A DNA stretch of 63,931 nt, filler included, from Candidatus Nanoarchaeia archaeon (GTDB taxonomy: Archaea > Nanobdellota > Nanobdellia > Woesearchaeales > DATDTY01): assembly GCA_035290625.1 (NCBI GenBank). It is 7 parts of 7 records of this genome, joined end to end, with 100 filler letters (N's around TTAATTAATTAA, not from the genome) between each part and the next. Parts side by side here need not be neighbours in the genome. Positions count along the whole stretch, not along the records: positions 17,590 to 31,202 come from DATDTY010000034.1; positions 31,303 to 42,738 come from DATDTY010000037.1; 5 more parts are not named here. One strand, 5' to 3'. The stretch's first letter is position 1; each line of letters opens with the position of its first letter. A model generated the notes under the pieces. The model was not told where the DNA came from and did not search any database. It saw only the letters and a list, made by a program, of their open reading frames with translations. Below are positions 28,142-38,539 of the stretch, one piece after another. The position numbers were made by a program, and so were the translations under genes.

Positions 28142-28340
28142 GGCTTCCCTGAAAATGTAGTTGCCGTCATTTTTGCGAGGCTCTTAAACGTAAAGACATG
28201 GCGCTGACAAGGGAGTTGCCCCATTCGGGGAATGTCAGTCACTCCAGTCATATGCGCAGCCGAGCCGACGTGCTCCGAAGGAGCGCCCGGAAATGCTTGG
28301 CATTTCCGATGGCAACCTCGAAGAGATTTTCAGGGAAGCC
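28142..28340. mobile_element. Nested-hairpin MITE-like element, copy H
   Basis: TIR GGCTTCCCTGAAAAT/ATTTTCAGGGAAGCC; TSD GGCCTTTTC/GTCCTTTTC. Confidence 0.87.
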
Positions 28341-28364
28341 GTCCTTTTCGCTATCTTTAAATAG

Positions 28365-29279
28365 ATGACTGCCCTAGGCAAAGGCATGACGGCAGCTAAA
28401 AAAGCAGCCCGAGCAAGGAAACACAGAGCAACTAAGAAGCGCCGAGCCGCTAAGCGCGCCATCCCAAAACTCAGCAGCATCATCACACTGATTACTGACT
28501 TCGGCCTTGGTACGCACGGGATTGGGGTGATGGAAGGAGTCATTGCATCTATCAATCCAAAGGCCCGCGTCATTCACCTCGCGCATGGCATTCCGGATTT
28601 TGACCTGAGAAGCGCAGCAAAGGAGCTTGAGGCTGCGCAATCCCTCCCTCCTTCTATCCATGTTGTTGTCGTTGATCCTGGTGTCGGCACAGCCCGAAAG
28701 CCGATTGCCATCCTTACAGGAAGAGGAGACGTCCTGATTGGGCCAGACAATGGCGTCCTGTTGCCAGCATGCCGGTTTCTTGGCGGCATTGTAAAATCGT
28801 ACGAGATCGAAAACAGGAGTGTGATGGCCCCTCTTATCTCTCCTGTCTTCCATGGAAGGGATATCTTTGCGCCTGCAGCAGCCCATATCTCCAAAGGCTT
28901 TCAGCTGCAAAGGCTTGGCAGGGAGTTAAAGAAACTTGCAGCTCCGCCTTATCCTGAAGCGGTCTATGAAAATGGCATGATCTCGGCAGAGCTAATCTAC
29001 ATCAACAAGTTCGGCAGTGCCCACCTGAACCTACTCCAGAAGGAGTTTGCCAGGCTGGGTTTGAAGAAAGGCCAGCACATCAATGTCAGGCTCAAGTATA
29101 AAACCATCTCACTGCCGTTTGCCTCAACATTCGGAGAAGTTCACAGCCAGGGAGAACTGATCATGCCTGATGACTTCGGAAGAGTCGAGCTTGCCGTCAA
29201 CCGGGGAAGCTTTGTCTCCCGCTACCCTCTCCGTATTGGTGAAAAAGTGGCGTTGTGGAAGGCGAAAAAGCTCCAGTAG
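28365..29279 (+). CDS. SAM hydroxide adenosyltransferase / chlorinase-fluorinase family (DUF62)
   Basis: ITLITDFG, VVDPGVGTAR, IGPDNG, FHGRDIFAPAA. Confidence 0.92.
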   Translation: MTALGKGMTAAKKAARARKHRATKKRRAAKRAIPKLSSIITLITDFGLGTHGIGVMEGVIASINPKARVIHLAHGIPDFDLRSAAKELEAAQSLPPSIHVVVVDPGVGTARKPIAILTGRGDVLIGPDNGVLLPACRFLGGIVKSYEIENRSVMAPLISPVFHGRDIFAPAAAHISKGFQLQRLGRELKKLAAPPYPEAVYENGMISAELIYINKFGSAHLNLLQKEFARLGLKKGQHINVRLKYKTISLPFASTFGEVHSQGELIMPDDFGRVELAVNRGSFVSRYPLRIGEKVALWKAKKLQ

Positions 29280-29280
29280 C

Positions 29281-30051
29281 CTATTTCGCTGTCCATCCTC
29301 CGTCAACCACGAGGTTATGGCCGGTTATGAAGCTGGATTCATCCAGGGCAAGAAACAACGCAGCATTCCCGATATCTTCAGGCTTTCCGATCCTGCCAAC
29401 AGGGGTATTCTGCAGGAACATCCTTGCCATTGCCTTATCCTTGAGCATCGGCTTTGTCATGTCAGTCTGGATCACTCCGGGATTGATGGCATTCACCGTG
29501 ATGTTATGCTTTGCATAATCTAAGGCAGCTTCGCGTGTAAGCTCGGTTACCCCTCCCTTGGATGCGCAGTATGCGCTTGCGCCCTGGAAGCCGACAATGC
29601 CTGCTATTGATGAGATATTGATGATCCTCCCTCCCTTGCCCTGCTTCACCATCTGCTTCGCAGCGTGCTTCATGCCGAAAAAGACTCCTTTGAGGTTCAC
29701 ATCCATGACCTTATCCCAGTCTTTCTCTGTAGTTGCATCGACGCTCCCCATGAGTGCAATCCCTGCATTATTCACCATGATGTTGAGCTTGCCGAACCTC
29801 TTCACTGTTTTTTCAACAAGGGCCTTGATGTCCCTCTCTTTCGAAACATCAGCCTTAACAAAGAGCGCCTCTGCTCCGCAGCGTTCAATCTCCTGAAGAG
29901 TTAGGTTCACATCATCAGTTTTCTTATGGTCGCTCACAACAACAGCGCACCCCTCCTTTGCAAAGGCAACTGCGATTCCCTTCCCGATGCCCCTCTTCGA
30001 TCCTGTAACTATTGCCACCTTGCCCTGAAGCCGTTTCGTCTGTATGCTCAT
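29281..30051 (-). CDS. Short-chain dehydrogenase/reductase (FabG-like); start at 30051
   Basis: TGSKRGIG, NNAG, YCASK, VDGGW; GGAGGTG SD. Confidence 0.93.
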   Translation of the reverse strand: MSIQTKRLQGKVAIVTGSKRGIGKGIAVAFAKEGCAVVVSDHKKTDDVNLTLQEIERCGAEALFVKADVSKERDIKALVEKTVKRFGKLNIMVNNAGIALMGSVDATTEKDWDKVMDVNLKGVFFGMKHAAKQMVKQGKGGRIINISSIAGIVGFQGASAYCASKGGVTELTREAALDYAKHNITVNAINPGVIQTDMTKPMLKDKAMARMFLQNTPVGRIGKPEDIGNAALFLALDESSFITGHNLVVDGGWTAK

Positions 30052-30305
30052 TTGTACACCTCCCCCTTTATCCCGCTTACTCTCCCAATTTTTGCCCTTA
30101 TCGGCTCCATGAGGATATCGTAGCATGATTTGACAAACATGTTCGCCTTATCATCATCTAATCGCATCTTCTTCATTAATTCCAACAGCAGCTTGTAAGA
30201 GTTTTCAGCTTCCTTGATTAAAAACTCTGCTCTTGACTTGTCCGGAGTCTGCAGCTTGACAATCCTGTTTTTGATAAATTCATCAAATCCCTTTACTGCA
30301 CTCAT
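30048..30305 (-). pseudogene. Truncated HEPN-like partner of the MNT gene
   Basis: PDKSRAEFL..YDILME.IRA N-terminal half only; no Rx4-6(H/Y) motif; follows an MNT gene. Confidence 0.55.
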
Positions 30306-30850
30306 AACTCAACCCCTCCTGCAAGTAAAATGCCATTGCAGAGATTTTCCTTTAAGTGCTTATGTATTTTTCCAAATGACTCGTAAAAACTGATGCTTAT
30401 CCTTCTTTCCAGAAGCTTCTCAAATTTAGCTACATCAGCTTCTTTGTCTTTTCTCCCGATCACTGCAATATCAATGTCTGAGTTAATGATGTCTTCTCCC
30501 CGGGAATAGCTTCCAAACAGGATTATGGCTGCACCGGCAAATTCTTTCTCCAGAAACTCGTACAATTCTGATTCATAGACCAGTTTTAAGTTGTCTGCCC
30601 TTTTTAGCTGCATTACTCTGCGGTTATCCCTGTTTAATTCAATAGACAGCCTTTTTGATTCTTTATCCTGGTGAATCTTGATTGTGTTTTCTTTCTGGAG
30701 CCGGGGGAGGGCCTTCATTACTGCTGGAGCAGTTACCTGAAGATTTCTTGATATCTGCCTCTGGTTTAAGGCAGTTCCTGCCTTTATGAAAAGCAGCCTT
30801 AAAATCTCCTGCTGGAGATTGGTTAACCTTAGTTTATATATATTTATCAT
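30302..30850 (-). CDS. HTH plus minimal nucleotidyltransferase (MNT antitoxin); start at 30850
   Basis: ILFGSYSRGED..SDIDIAVI; N-terminal wHTH; GTTAACC..GTTTA boxes 30 bp apart around the start. Confidence 0.88.
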   Translation of the reverse strand: MINIYKLRLTNLQQEILRLLFIKAGTALNQRQISRNLQVTAPAVMKALPRLQKENTIKIHQDKESKRLSIELNRDNRRVMQLKRADNLKLVYESELYEFLEKEFAGAAIILFGSYSRGEDIINSDIDIAVIGRKDKEADVAKFEKLLERRISISFYESFGKIHKHLKENLCNGILLAGGVEL

Positions 30851-30987
30851 AGTTAACCGATGTTTACTTTGGTTTATATATCTTTCTATTTCTTGGGGGA
30901 GAGTCAGGGAAGTGCTGGGAAGGTTTTGAGGGTAACGGCTCGCTCCGTTAACACGCGCCTTAAGGAGGGCTTGCAGCCCTGCGAATC

Positions 30988-31068
30988 GGTCGCATTGAAA
31001 AGTCATGCAGCGCCCTCTCGTGAGCCACCTTAAAATAAGACAGCAGAGCGACAAGGGGGTTGCCCCGA
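30988..31068. mobile_element. Truncated MITE-like copy I
   Basis: GGTCGCATTGAAAAGTCATGCAGCGCCC..GACAAGGGGGTTGCCCC matches the reverse complement of the right half of copy E. Confidence 0.7.
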
Positions 31069-31329
31069 GTGTGGTTAATAATTCAAATGATATAGCAAGA
31101 TTTCTTGCTATATTAAGGATATTGTGCCTTAAGATAATGATGGCACAATATGACAATATCTTTGCTTCTTTCTTAAGTCTTGTAGTCATTAATCCTGCAT
31201 TGNNNNNNNNNNNNNNNNNNNNNNNNNNNNNNNNNNNNNNNNNNNNTTAATTAATTAANNNNNNNNNNNNNNNNNNNNNNNNNNNNNNNNNNNNNNNNNN
31301 NNTCTCCCTGCTTTTCATATGCTTTCACC

Positions 31330-32592
31330 TCATGGATTTCCATTCTGCGTTAACATTCCTTTTAGGAATACATGGCCTGATTCATTCACAACAATCTGCC
31401 ATTCTCCATCCTTTCTTATTCTGAAATCAGTATCATCCAAAGAGGATGATATGGTTGACTGATTCTGGAACAAAGTTCCATCAATGTACATATTGCCGTC
31501 ATTCTCTATGATCAAAACATCCTCTCCGTTGTTTCTTATTACAAATGCGAAGTCAGTGCTTCTTGCATGAGCGGAGTTCTGCTCTAAGGCTCCCTTAATC
31601 ACAGCGTTTCCTGAATCGCCAAACCAGGCGATGCTGCTGCCTGAAGTATTCTTGATTGTGAATTTGTTTACATCAGTCACATTGCCAATGTTGAAAACGT
31701 CTGAAATCGAGTCTGAAACAGAGCCAGCAGAGGCGTTAACCGTAACCGTATAGATTCCTGGTGAGCTGTAGTTGTGCTCTGCGAAGAGGAAGATGTCTTC
31801 GTTTGCGGAAAGATCGAAGTTATAATTGCTTTGGGTTATGTTTCCGTCACCGAAATCAATGCTCCAGTTGAGATTTAATAATTCAGAATCTCCATTATTG
31901 AGCAGACGGATATCATAAAGCCCTATCGTTCCTTCGGTGTAGAGAAGTGAAAGATTATCGAAGGTGATATTATACACAGGAGGAACTTCATAGAAGACTT
32001 CCATCTCTGTAATATTCAGCAGTCCAGCAGCATCTGAGCCAAAAGTGAGGTTAATATCACAGAATCCCTCAACATCAGGAGTACAGGAATTTAAAGCATC
32101 TCTTAATCCCTGCTCAAATCCGGCAGTTTGCTGTTCCGCGAAATATCCCGGAGAGTTCCAAGCCTGCGCTCCATTAACGTAGAGGATCGGGTTTTGGATG
32201 GTGCTCCTTATTTTTACTGTATTGCTGCTCTGAATTTGGGTTCCGTTTAACAGCCCATCGCTTGGTGTAACTTTGCAATACCACGGGTCATTGGGGGTCA
32301 GGTTAAGCTTTCCTAAGAGTTGAGCATTTATATTTTGGTTAACGCTGTTCTTCCACCATTCAATTGTTGATTCCTGCTCTTCAAACCCTTCGGGGTCTGA
32401 ATAAGTGTAGTTGCATAGCAAATCTTGTCCTGCGGTTGCATTTTCAGGCAATACCTTAACTCCAGCAGCGCTTGGAGCTTGATTTACTGCGGCAACCATG
32501 AGAGCTATGAGCAGTGAAAATAGGATTGTGTACATGATGAGTTGTGCCAGTTTCATAATCTTTCTCATCATAGCTCTACGTCTTCCTATCAT
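31330..32592 (-). CDS. Secreted surface protein with Ig/PKD-like domains
   Basis: Signal peptide; CKVTPSDG; WSIDFGDG..HNYSSPGIYTV PKD motif. Confidence 0.82.
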   Translation of the reverse strand: MIGRRRAMMRKIMKLAQLIMYTILFSLLIALMVAAVNQAPSAAGVKVLPENATAGQDLLCNYTYSDPEGFEEQESTIEWWKNSVNQNINAQLLGKLNLTPNDPWYCKVTPSDGLLNGTQIQSSNTVKIRSTIQNPILYVNGAQAWNSPGYFAEQQTAGFEQGLRDALNSCTPDVEGFCDINLTFGSDAAGLLNITEMEVFYEVPPVYNITFDNLSLLYTEGTIGLYDIRLLNNGDSELLNLNWSIDFGDGNITQSNYNFDLSANEDIFLFAEHNYSSPGIYTVTVNASAGSVSDSISDVFNIGNVTDVNKFTIKNTSGSSIAWFGDSGNAVIKGALEQNSAHARSTDFAFVIRNNGEDVLIIENDGNMYIDGTLFQNQSTISSSLDDTDFRIRKDGEWQIVVNESGHVFLKGMLTQNGNP

Positions 32593-35444
32593 GGCGCCTC
32601 TCCTTTCATTTTAATCTTTGAATACAAGATTGCTGCCTCTTTTGGAATCCTTATCTGGATGGTTATGTTTCCTGCTGAGCTGAAGTTCAGGATTTTTTGG
32701 TTACTATTATCCGTGAAATTATTCTGTAACACCGTAGTTTCATTGAATAAAATCACATCAACAAAAGTTGATGCGCTAAGATTTCCATCGCTCACTTCCA
32801 CCAATATAGAGTAATTGCCTGTGTCGTTTACTGTTGTCTGCCATTGACCTGATTCATTGAACGGAGAGGAGTAGAAGAAGGTTAAGGTGTCGTTTTGGTT
32901 TGGGTCGGTTCCTGAAATTTCCCCAGTAGCATTGATTTGGAGCAGATTTCCTGCAATCCCTGTGATGTTGCTTATAGCATTGATTGTTGGCTGCTGGTTG
33001 AATGATGTTGCTACTGATAATAAGCCAATTGGAGAGCCTGATCTCTTTAATGCTATCTCTGCAACACCATCATAGTCTGTATCTGCTATAGCCAAGGCAG
33101 AGTCAACAAATGCTGTGAAATTGTATCTGAATAATTCTGTTCCGTCTTCATTTAAGATATAAACATCTGTTCCGTTGTTCTCTGCAAAGAGGATATTATA
33201 CTTGCCATCATTGTCCATATCTGCTATGTCCGGAGCAACAAAAGAGGTTTTGAGATTGCCATTGTCATCATAAGACCAGCTCTGCTGCAGGGTTGAAGAA
33301 TCGTATGCAATTATCTTGCCGAGTTCTGAGGTTTTTGTATTCCTGACGCTTATTACAATCTCAGCCTGAGAATCTGAGTCTAAGTTAGCTACTGCTGGAG
33401 TAACTTCTGCACGATACGGATCAAGATTTATTGGGCTGTTTGACTCATTATTGCCTGTTTTCGCATCTCTAATGAAAAGCTTGTTGGTGCACTTCTTAAA
33501 TGAGGAACACGTAGCATTTGTGGTGACATAAATAAGTTCATATTCATTGTCCCTGTCAACATCATAAATCACAGCAGAGCCTTTGATAAACCCGTCATTA
33601 TTGCTCCATTTTAGAGTAAGGTTATTAGGAGCAGAAGAATTATAGTCAAACACATTAATCCCATAATAACCAGGAACAATGATTTCAGGATTATCGTCAT
33701 CATCAATATTAGCCACAGAAACAGAGGCAAACGCTCCTCCGTTTCCAAAGGTATAGTTGAATTTCTTTTTGTAGCTTCCTCCAGACCCGTCAATCACATA
33801 CACCTCACCAGGCCAATCATAAGCTCCTATTGAGATAGCTTTGTCAGTAAGAATGATCTCATTAACTCCATCCAGATCAATATCAGCAACAGCAGAGCCG
33901 CCTCCCAGTTCAACAGATGCAGAGCCTGCGAAGGTGGAGTTTTTCTCAGGCAGAGAATACGCCCATTTTTCTGTTGCAGCTTTCCCATCAGCACTAATGT
34001 CTAATACTCTGATGGTTCCATTTCTTAATGCAATAATAACTTCTTTCCTTGAGTCAGAGTCAATATTGCCTAAGGTAACAGGAAGGAGTGTAGAGCCTCC
34101 AGAAAGATTGGCTCTCCACTTCTGCTCATTCTGCGGTATGAAGCCATATTTCTTGTTTTTCTCTACAGCTATGAATTCTGTTGACTTTACGTCAGACAGG
34201 TCATGAATGGCAGTAACAACGTCCTGATAGCCGTTGTTGTCCAGGTCAGTTATAGAAGGCCTCATGACAATGTCCTGGGTAAGGTTGCCTCTCAAGGCAA
34301 CATCAATCTTGTCAACGTCTTCTTTCCTGTTCATATCGCCTTTCAGCAAGGTGAAGCCTGTACGTCTATAATCGTGGTGGTCTGTTGGCCAGTCAATCTT
34401 TACTGCATCATCGAATAACCTGTACAATCCAGCGACTGCTTTCATGGAGTGGGGGAGCATGGCGTCTGCTTCTGCTGAGACATTTGGACCTGAATTGGTT
34501 ACGTCATCTTGCGCTAAATGTTCAGATTCGTTGATGATTCTTAGATTTTCATTAGCCCATAATGAGACTGGGAAGTTCTTTGTTGCTCCAGAGATATTAA
34601 CATAGACTGCATTGCCGTCTCTGTCATCAGACGCAAAGTATTGGGTTTTTTGGGCTGTGTACCAGAATAATCTGAATAGTTCTATGTTCTTCTTATCAAG
34701 AGGAACATTAGGCTCTACTTCTTTCCAATTAAAACTGGATAAATTTGGTAAATTTTCATAATTATACTGCTGACCAGCAAAATTACTGCCTGTCCAATTT
34801 TCAGTAGTTCTTAACGTGTTGAAATTATCACCAGTATATTCTTCAAGGACTGAGTCATCGCAGTCTTCTCCTTCAATTAAACATGCGATTCCAAAGAGAC
34901 TATGTCCCAAATGTGGGTCTAGATGTATATGGGATGGTTGAGAAGCATCTTCTAGCAGATGAGCCACTCTCCCTAACCAATAATATGACTGATTTATATC
35001 ACCTTTTAAGTAAAGTGGAACAACTTTATCGGTCCATAACTCGATAGCTATTCTATAGGAACTGGATCTACTACCTAACCCATCATCATAATCCGCATAA
35101 CCAATATTTTGTGTTGGATTGTCTGGATCCCAGAAATGTCTCGTAGGTAAAATTCAAAAATCTTCTTCTGAACTACCATTAATTATTTTATCTCCAGTAT
35201 TGTACTTGCTATTTTTATTATCTGCTTCTATGCTATTTACATTAAATTGCTTCTTTATTTCGTAAGGAATAAGTTTCCACACTACTTGTGATTCATTTGT
35301 TAAGTATTGGTGAACTGTTCGACTAGGGGGATTAATATCATATGCGCTAACTGTAGTAACTAATACTAATAAGATTACTAATAAGGTAATCTTGTTAAAT
35401 AAAAGCTTTATATTCTTTTGAGTTTTTGAAATATTTTCCAACAT
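32589..35444 (-). pseudogene. Secreted Zn-dependent phospholipase C/P1-like domain plus FG-GAP beta-propeller plus Ig protein, interrupted by one in-frame TGA (35154-35156)
   Basis: ORFs 35154-35444 and 32589-34967 share a frame with no other stop; VHQYL, EED, RHFWDPD, LGRVAHLLED..PSH.H motifs; many D.D.DG..EI repeats. Confidence 0.75.
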
Positions 35445-35692
35445 ATTGCTGTTAAACCCCCATATAATAATATTATGAATACCCACCCAACAAATAAATA
35501 GGCTATTGCACAACCTTCTCCTTCACTTTGTGTTAATTTACAGAAAGGAATAAAAACAAAAAAGTTAAAAAAAACACTAAGATTAGAATCTTCAAAAAAG
35601 AAGCTGGCAAAATAAAAAACTAATCCAATACTTGCTCCAATAATAAAAGCTCCAAATATACTATGTTTCCTCCACCAATCCCTAAACCCCAT
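35408..35692 (-). CDS. Small AT-rich membrane protein
   Basis: Two to three TM segments; GGAGGT SD; overlaps the start of the next gene. Confidence 0.7.
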   Translation of the reverse strand: MGFRDWWRKHSIFGAFIIGASIGLVFYFASFFFEDSNLSVFFNFFVFIPFCKLTQSEGEGCAIAYLFVGWVFIILLYGGLTAICWKIFQKLKRI

Positions 35693-35695
35693 TCC

Positions 35696-36292
35696 TTACC
35701 TCCTATCCACCACTACATCCACCCTGTCATATGCTTCATAAGCAACATTGCAGAATCTCCTGTTATCGCAAAAATTAAACTGCGCAGAGCCAATCTTCAA
35801 ATCATATTCGGGAGCCAAAGCAAAGGAATCCTTCCTGCCAGGAGTGCCTTTAACAGATATCTTCCCAGTTGGAACGCCATTCACCCTGAAAACACAATTC
35901 TCATTATAACTATCACAATACAGAAGGTGTACTGCAAATCTCTCACCATTAATCTCAAACCCTTTGATATTGTCTTCCTTTGCGCCGGCAAGCATACGCT
36001 CTGACGTGGTATCAACAACTTTTTTGTAGTTTATATCAGAAAAATTACCATAGACATCGAGATATTCAGCAGCATAGACCTGGTCAAATGCAATTGAACT
36101 CTGCTCTGGAAGAATTGCCAGCCCTCTGTTCTCCTGGATGGAAAGATTCAGCTCTCCAACCTTCAGAGGAACAAACCCTTCATCTGTACGGACTCCGAAA
36201 ATAGGGGGGCTGTTGCTGAGGACACTGCCTGATCCTAGGATGAATATTATCCCTGCTATAAGAACTAAACTAAGTCCACTTATTTTTAACAC
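35696..36292 (-). CDS. Secreted hypothetical protein
   Basis: Signal peptide; GTG start after an AGGCGA sequence. Confidence 0.7.
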   Translation of the reverse strand: MLKISGLSLVLIAGIIFILGSGSVLSNSPPIFGVRTDEGFVPLKVGELNLSIQENRGLAILPEQSSIAFDQVYAAEYLDVYGNFSDINYKKVVDTTSERMLAGAKEDNIKGFEINGERFAVHLLYCDSYNENCVFRVNGVPTGKISVKGTPGRKDSFALAPEYDLKIGSAQFNFCDNRRFCNVAYEAYDRVDVVVDRR

Positions 36293-36469
36293 ACTCGCCT
36301 TTTTAATCGTATTCTCCCAACTTGATTAAAAATGCTTTCTAGAGTACTCTCAAAGCATTCCTTTATTTAAACGTTTATTGAAACCCAGGAGCAGTAACTA
36401 GTTACTTAAAACCCAGACTGGTTAAGAAAAAAGAGAAGATAGAATTACTTATTTCCTTCCTGCCTCAAT

Positions 36470-36585
36470 GGCTCTTGCTGTTTTCAGCAAAGAGCGGCAC
36501 CTCGCCCGTAAGGGACAACCCCCTCCGCTGCGCTTCTTAACTTTATAGAGCCTCGCAGAAATGATGCCGGACTTTCACCTGAGCC
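36470..36585. mobile_element. Partial MITE-like copy J
   Basis: Core shared with copy F; right end GATGCCGGACTTTCACCTGAGCC resembles the reverse complement of the copy G left end. Confidence 0.7.
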
Positions 36586-36633
36586 GAAATAGCCACACAA
36601 ATTTTAAATAGTGCATCATCTGCCCCAGAGCAT

Positions 36634-37077
36634 ATGGGAACCTGCGACCTGTGCGGGAGGGAGTCTGAGCTGTATCGGGCGAGGGTTGAGGAGACGCTGC
36701 TTTCTGTATGCAAGGCCTGTTCGTCCTACGGAAAAGTGATGAGCCAACCGTCAAAGCCGCTGAAAGCAGTTACGCGGCCGAAGAAGCCTGAGCCTGTTGA
36801 GTCTGTTGTCCAGAACTGCGGAGAACTTGTGCGGATGGCAAGGGAAAAAAAAGGGATGAGCCAGAAGGAGTTCAGCAGAAAGATCAATGAAAAAGAGTCT
36901 GTGCTGCACCACATCGAGACTGGAAGATTTATTCCTCCTGTGCAGCTCGGAAGAAAGATTGAGCTGGCACTTGGCATCAGGCTTGTGACGGTTGAGAAAG
37001 ACGAAGGGCAGCCTGAAAAGGCAGACAGAAGGAGCGACACCTTTACGCTAGGCGACTTTATCAAGGTCAGGAGATGA
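36634..37077 (+). CDS. mbf1: Archaeal multiprotein bridging factor aMBF1
   Basis: CDLCG..VCKAC zinc ribbon, HTH AREKKGMSQKEF..IETG, C-terminal TLGDF. Confidence 0.92.
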   Translation: MGTCDLCGRESELYRARVEETLLSVCKACSSYGKVMSQPSKPLKAVTRPKKPEPVESVVQNCGELVRMAREKKGMSQKEFSRKINEKESVLHHIETGRFIPPVQLGRKIELALGIRLVTVEKDEGQPEKADRRSDTFTLGDFIKVRR

Positions 37078-37079
37078 TT

Positions 37080-37235
37080 GGCTCCGGTGAAAATATTTTC
37101 AAGGTTGCCGTCGGCTCGGCTGCGCATATGACTGGAGTGACTGACATTCCCCGAATGGGGCAACTCCCTTGTCAGTGCCACGTCTTTACGTTTAAGAGCC
37201 TCACGGTTGACGGCAACGCCATTTTCACCGGAGCC
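37080..37235. mobile_element. Nested-hairpin MITE-like element, copy K
   Basis: TIR GGCTCCGGTGAAAAT/ATTTTCACCGGAGCC; perfect TSD GAGATGATT (37071-37079, 37236-37244). Confidence 0.9.
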
Positions 37236-37878
37236 GAGATGATTGCATGAGCTCCTGGAGTTCAGCGCCGTATACAATCCCCTCTTTCTTCTTGGAATTG
37301 ATGATGATGGTTGGGGCGTTTGTTACGTTGAACCTTGTCTTAAGCAGGTTCATAGAAGGCTCGTCAGGGTAAGCGAGGTCGAAGGAGAATATGACTGCTG
37401 AGCCGTCCTGCTTGGAGAGGTCATCAAGGATATAGCCTTGGCGTTCGCTTTGCCGGTCGTCGATGGTATAAAAGAAGAGGATTGGTGTATATTCAGGGCC
37501 GCAGCTATCTGCCCAGTCCTGGACAAGGAGGTAGGTGCTGAGCTCAAGGAGGAAATATTTCCGCTTCAGGTAATCAAAATCCTTCTCCTTCATGGAACTT
37601 CTTCCACGATAGGTGTTAAGATCTTCCCTGATGCCCTGAAGCTTGTTTAGGATATCCTGGATGCTTGCATGGAGAGTCTGGCAGCTCGTGTTTGAGTTCT
37701 CCTCAAGAAAAGACTTCTCCAGGAGGAATGATTCTGCAGACAGCTCGTTTGCAATGAGGACTGCCTGAAGCTTCTGCTCACGCACAAAATCCAGCGCATA
37801 GCTGATCATAATGGCAGACGCAAAAATGCTTACGGTGATGACCAGGCTTGCCACAAAAATTGTCTTTGGATTATCCAT
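37225..37878 (-). CDS. Membrane-anchored protein with a thioredoxin-like C-terminus (paralogue 1)
   Basis: LKRKYFLL, ILFFY..QGYILD, PTIIIN; shared with the upstream gene. Confidence 0.78.
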   Translation of the reverse strand: MDNPKTIFVASLVITVSIFASAIMISYALDFVREQKLQAVLIANELSAESFLLEKSFLEENSNTSCQTLHASIQDILNKLQGIREDLNTYRGRSSMKEKDFDYLKRKYFLLELSTYLLVQDWADSCGPEYTPILFFYTIDDRQSERQGYILDDLSKQDGSAVIFSFDLAYPDEPSMNLLKTRFNVTNAPTIIINSKKKEGIVYGAELQELMQSSRLR

Positions 37879-38539
37879 TCTGCAAAAGAGGACCTATCCT
37901 GTTTGGTTCAGCCTTGCCTGTAACCTTATACTTGTAATTGATTACCAGGCTTGGAGTTATTGTAATATTATAGAAGGCCTCAAGGAATTGTATCTGCTTG
38001 GCATAGCTGCTCTGAACAGCGAAGACGTGAAGTCCTGGATTTGCGGCAACGAGCTGATCGAGGGTATAGCCCTGCTCAACAGAGTCTGTAGTATTGGAAT
38101 AGTAAAAGAGGATGACATCGATGGGTGTAGCGCAGGATTCTTTCACCTTTTTGAAGAAGAGGTAGGTGCGAACCTGGAGGAGGTGGTATTTTGTCTTGAG
38201 GTAGGCATAATTTCCAGCACCGAGCTGCTGCTCTGCTTCGGGATCAGAAAGCTGCCTTCCAATTCCTGCGAGTTCCTTGGAAAGGTAGTCAAGCCGCGTT
38301 TCTGCAAGGCGGCATTCCTCGCCTCCAAGATTTTTCAGGAGATCCTGCTCGATGAGGAAGGATTCTGAGTCAAGCTCGCTCTGCTTGACAAATTGCGCGA
38401 CAGCATCCAATGGCTGTGTTGCAACAGAGACCCCAAAAAGTATCCCGGCTATAAAGGCTGCGGCAATGGCTGCAAGCACAATAGAGTACAGATAGCGTCT
38501 TCTTCTCCTTGCGATGACGATACTGTGCTGTGTTACCAT
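37871..38539 (-). CDS. Membrane-anchored protein with a thioredoxin-like C-terminus (paralogue 2)
   Basis: LKTKYHLL, ILFYY..QGYTLD, PSLVIN. Confidence 0.78.
   Translation of the reverse strand: MVTQHSIVIARRRRRYLYSIVLAAIAAAFIAGILFGVSVATQPLDAVAQFVKQSELDSESFLIEQDLLKNLGGEECRLAETRLDYLSKELAGIGRQLSDPEAEQQLGAGNYAYLKTKYHLLQVRTYLFFKKVKESCATPIDVILFYYSNTTDSVEQGYTLDQLVAANPGLHVFAVQSSYAKQIQFLEAFYNITITPSLVINYKYKVTGKAEPNRIGPLLQNG

Noticed and set aside
30851..31189. Long N-terminal extension of the MNT ORF
   Set aside because: Reads through the promoter and a MITE fragment; TATA and operator boxes support the start at 30850
35154..35156. Genome-wide TGA recoding
   Set aside because: TGA ends ordinary genes here (alaS, mbf1, the sigma-like gene) and other long genes have no internal TGA
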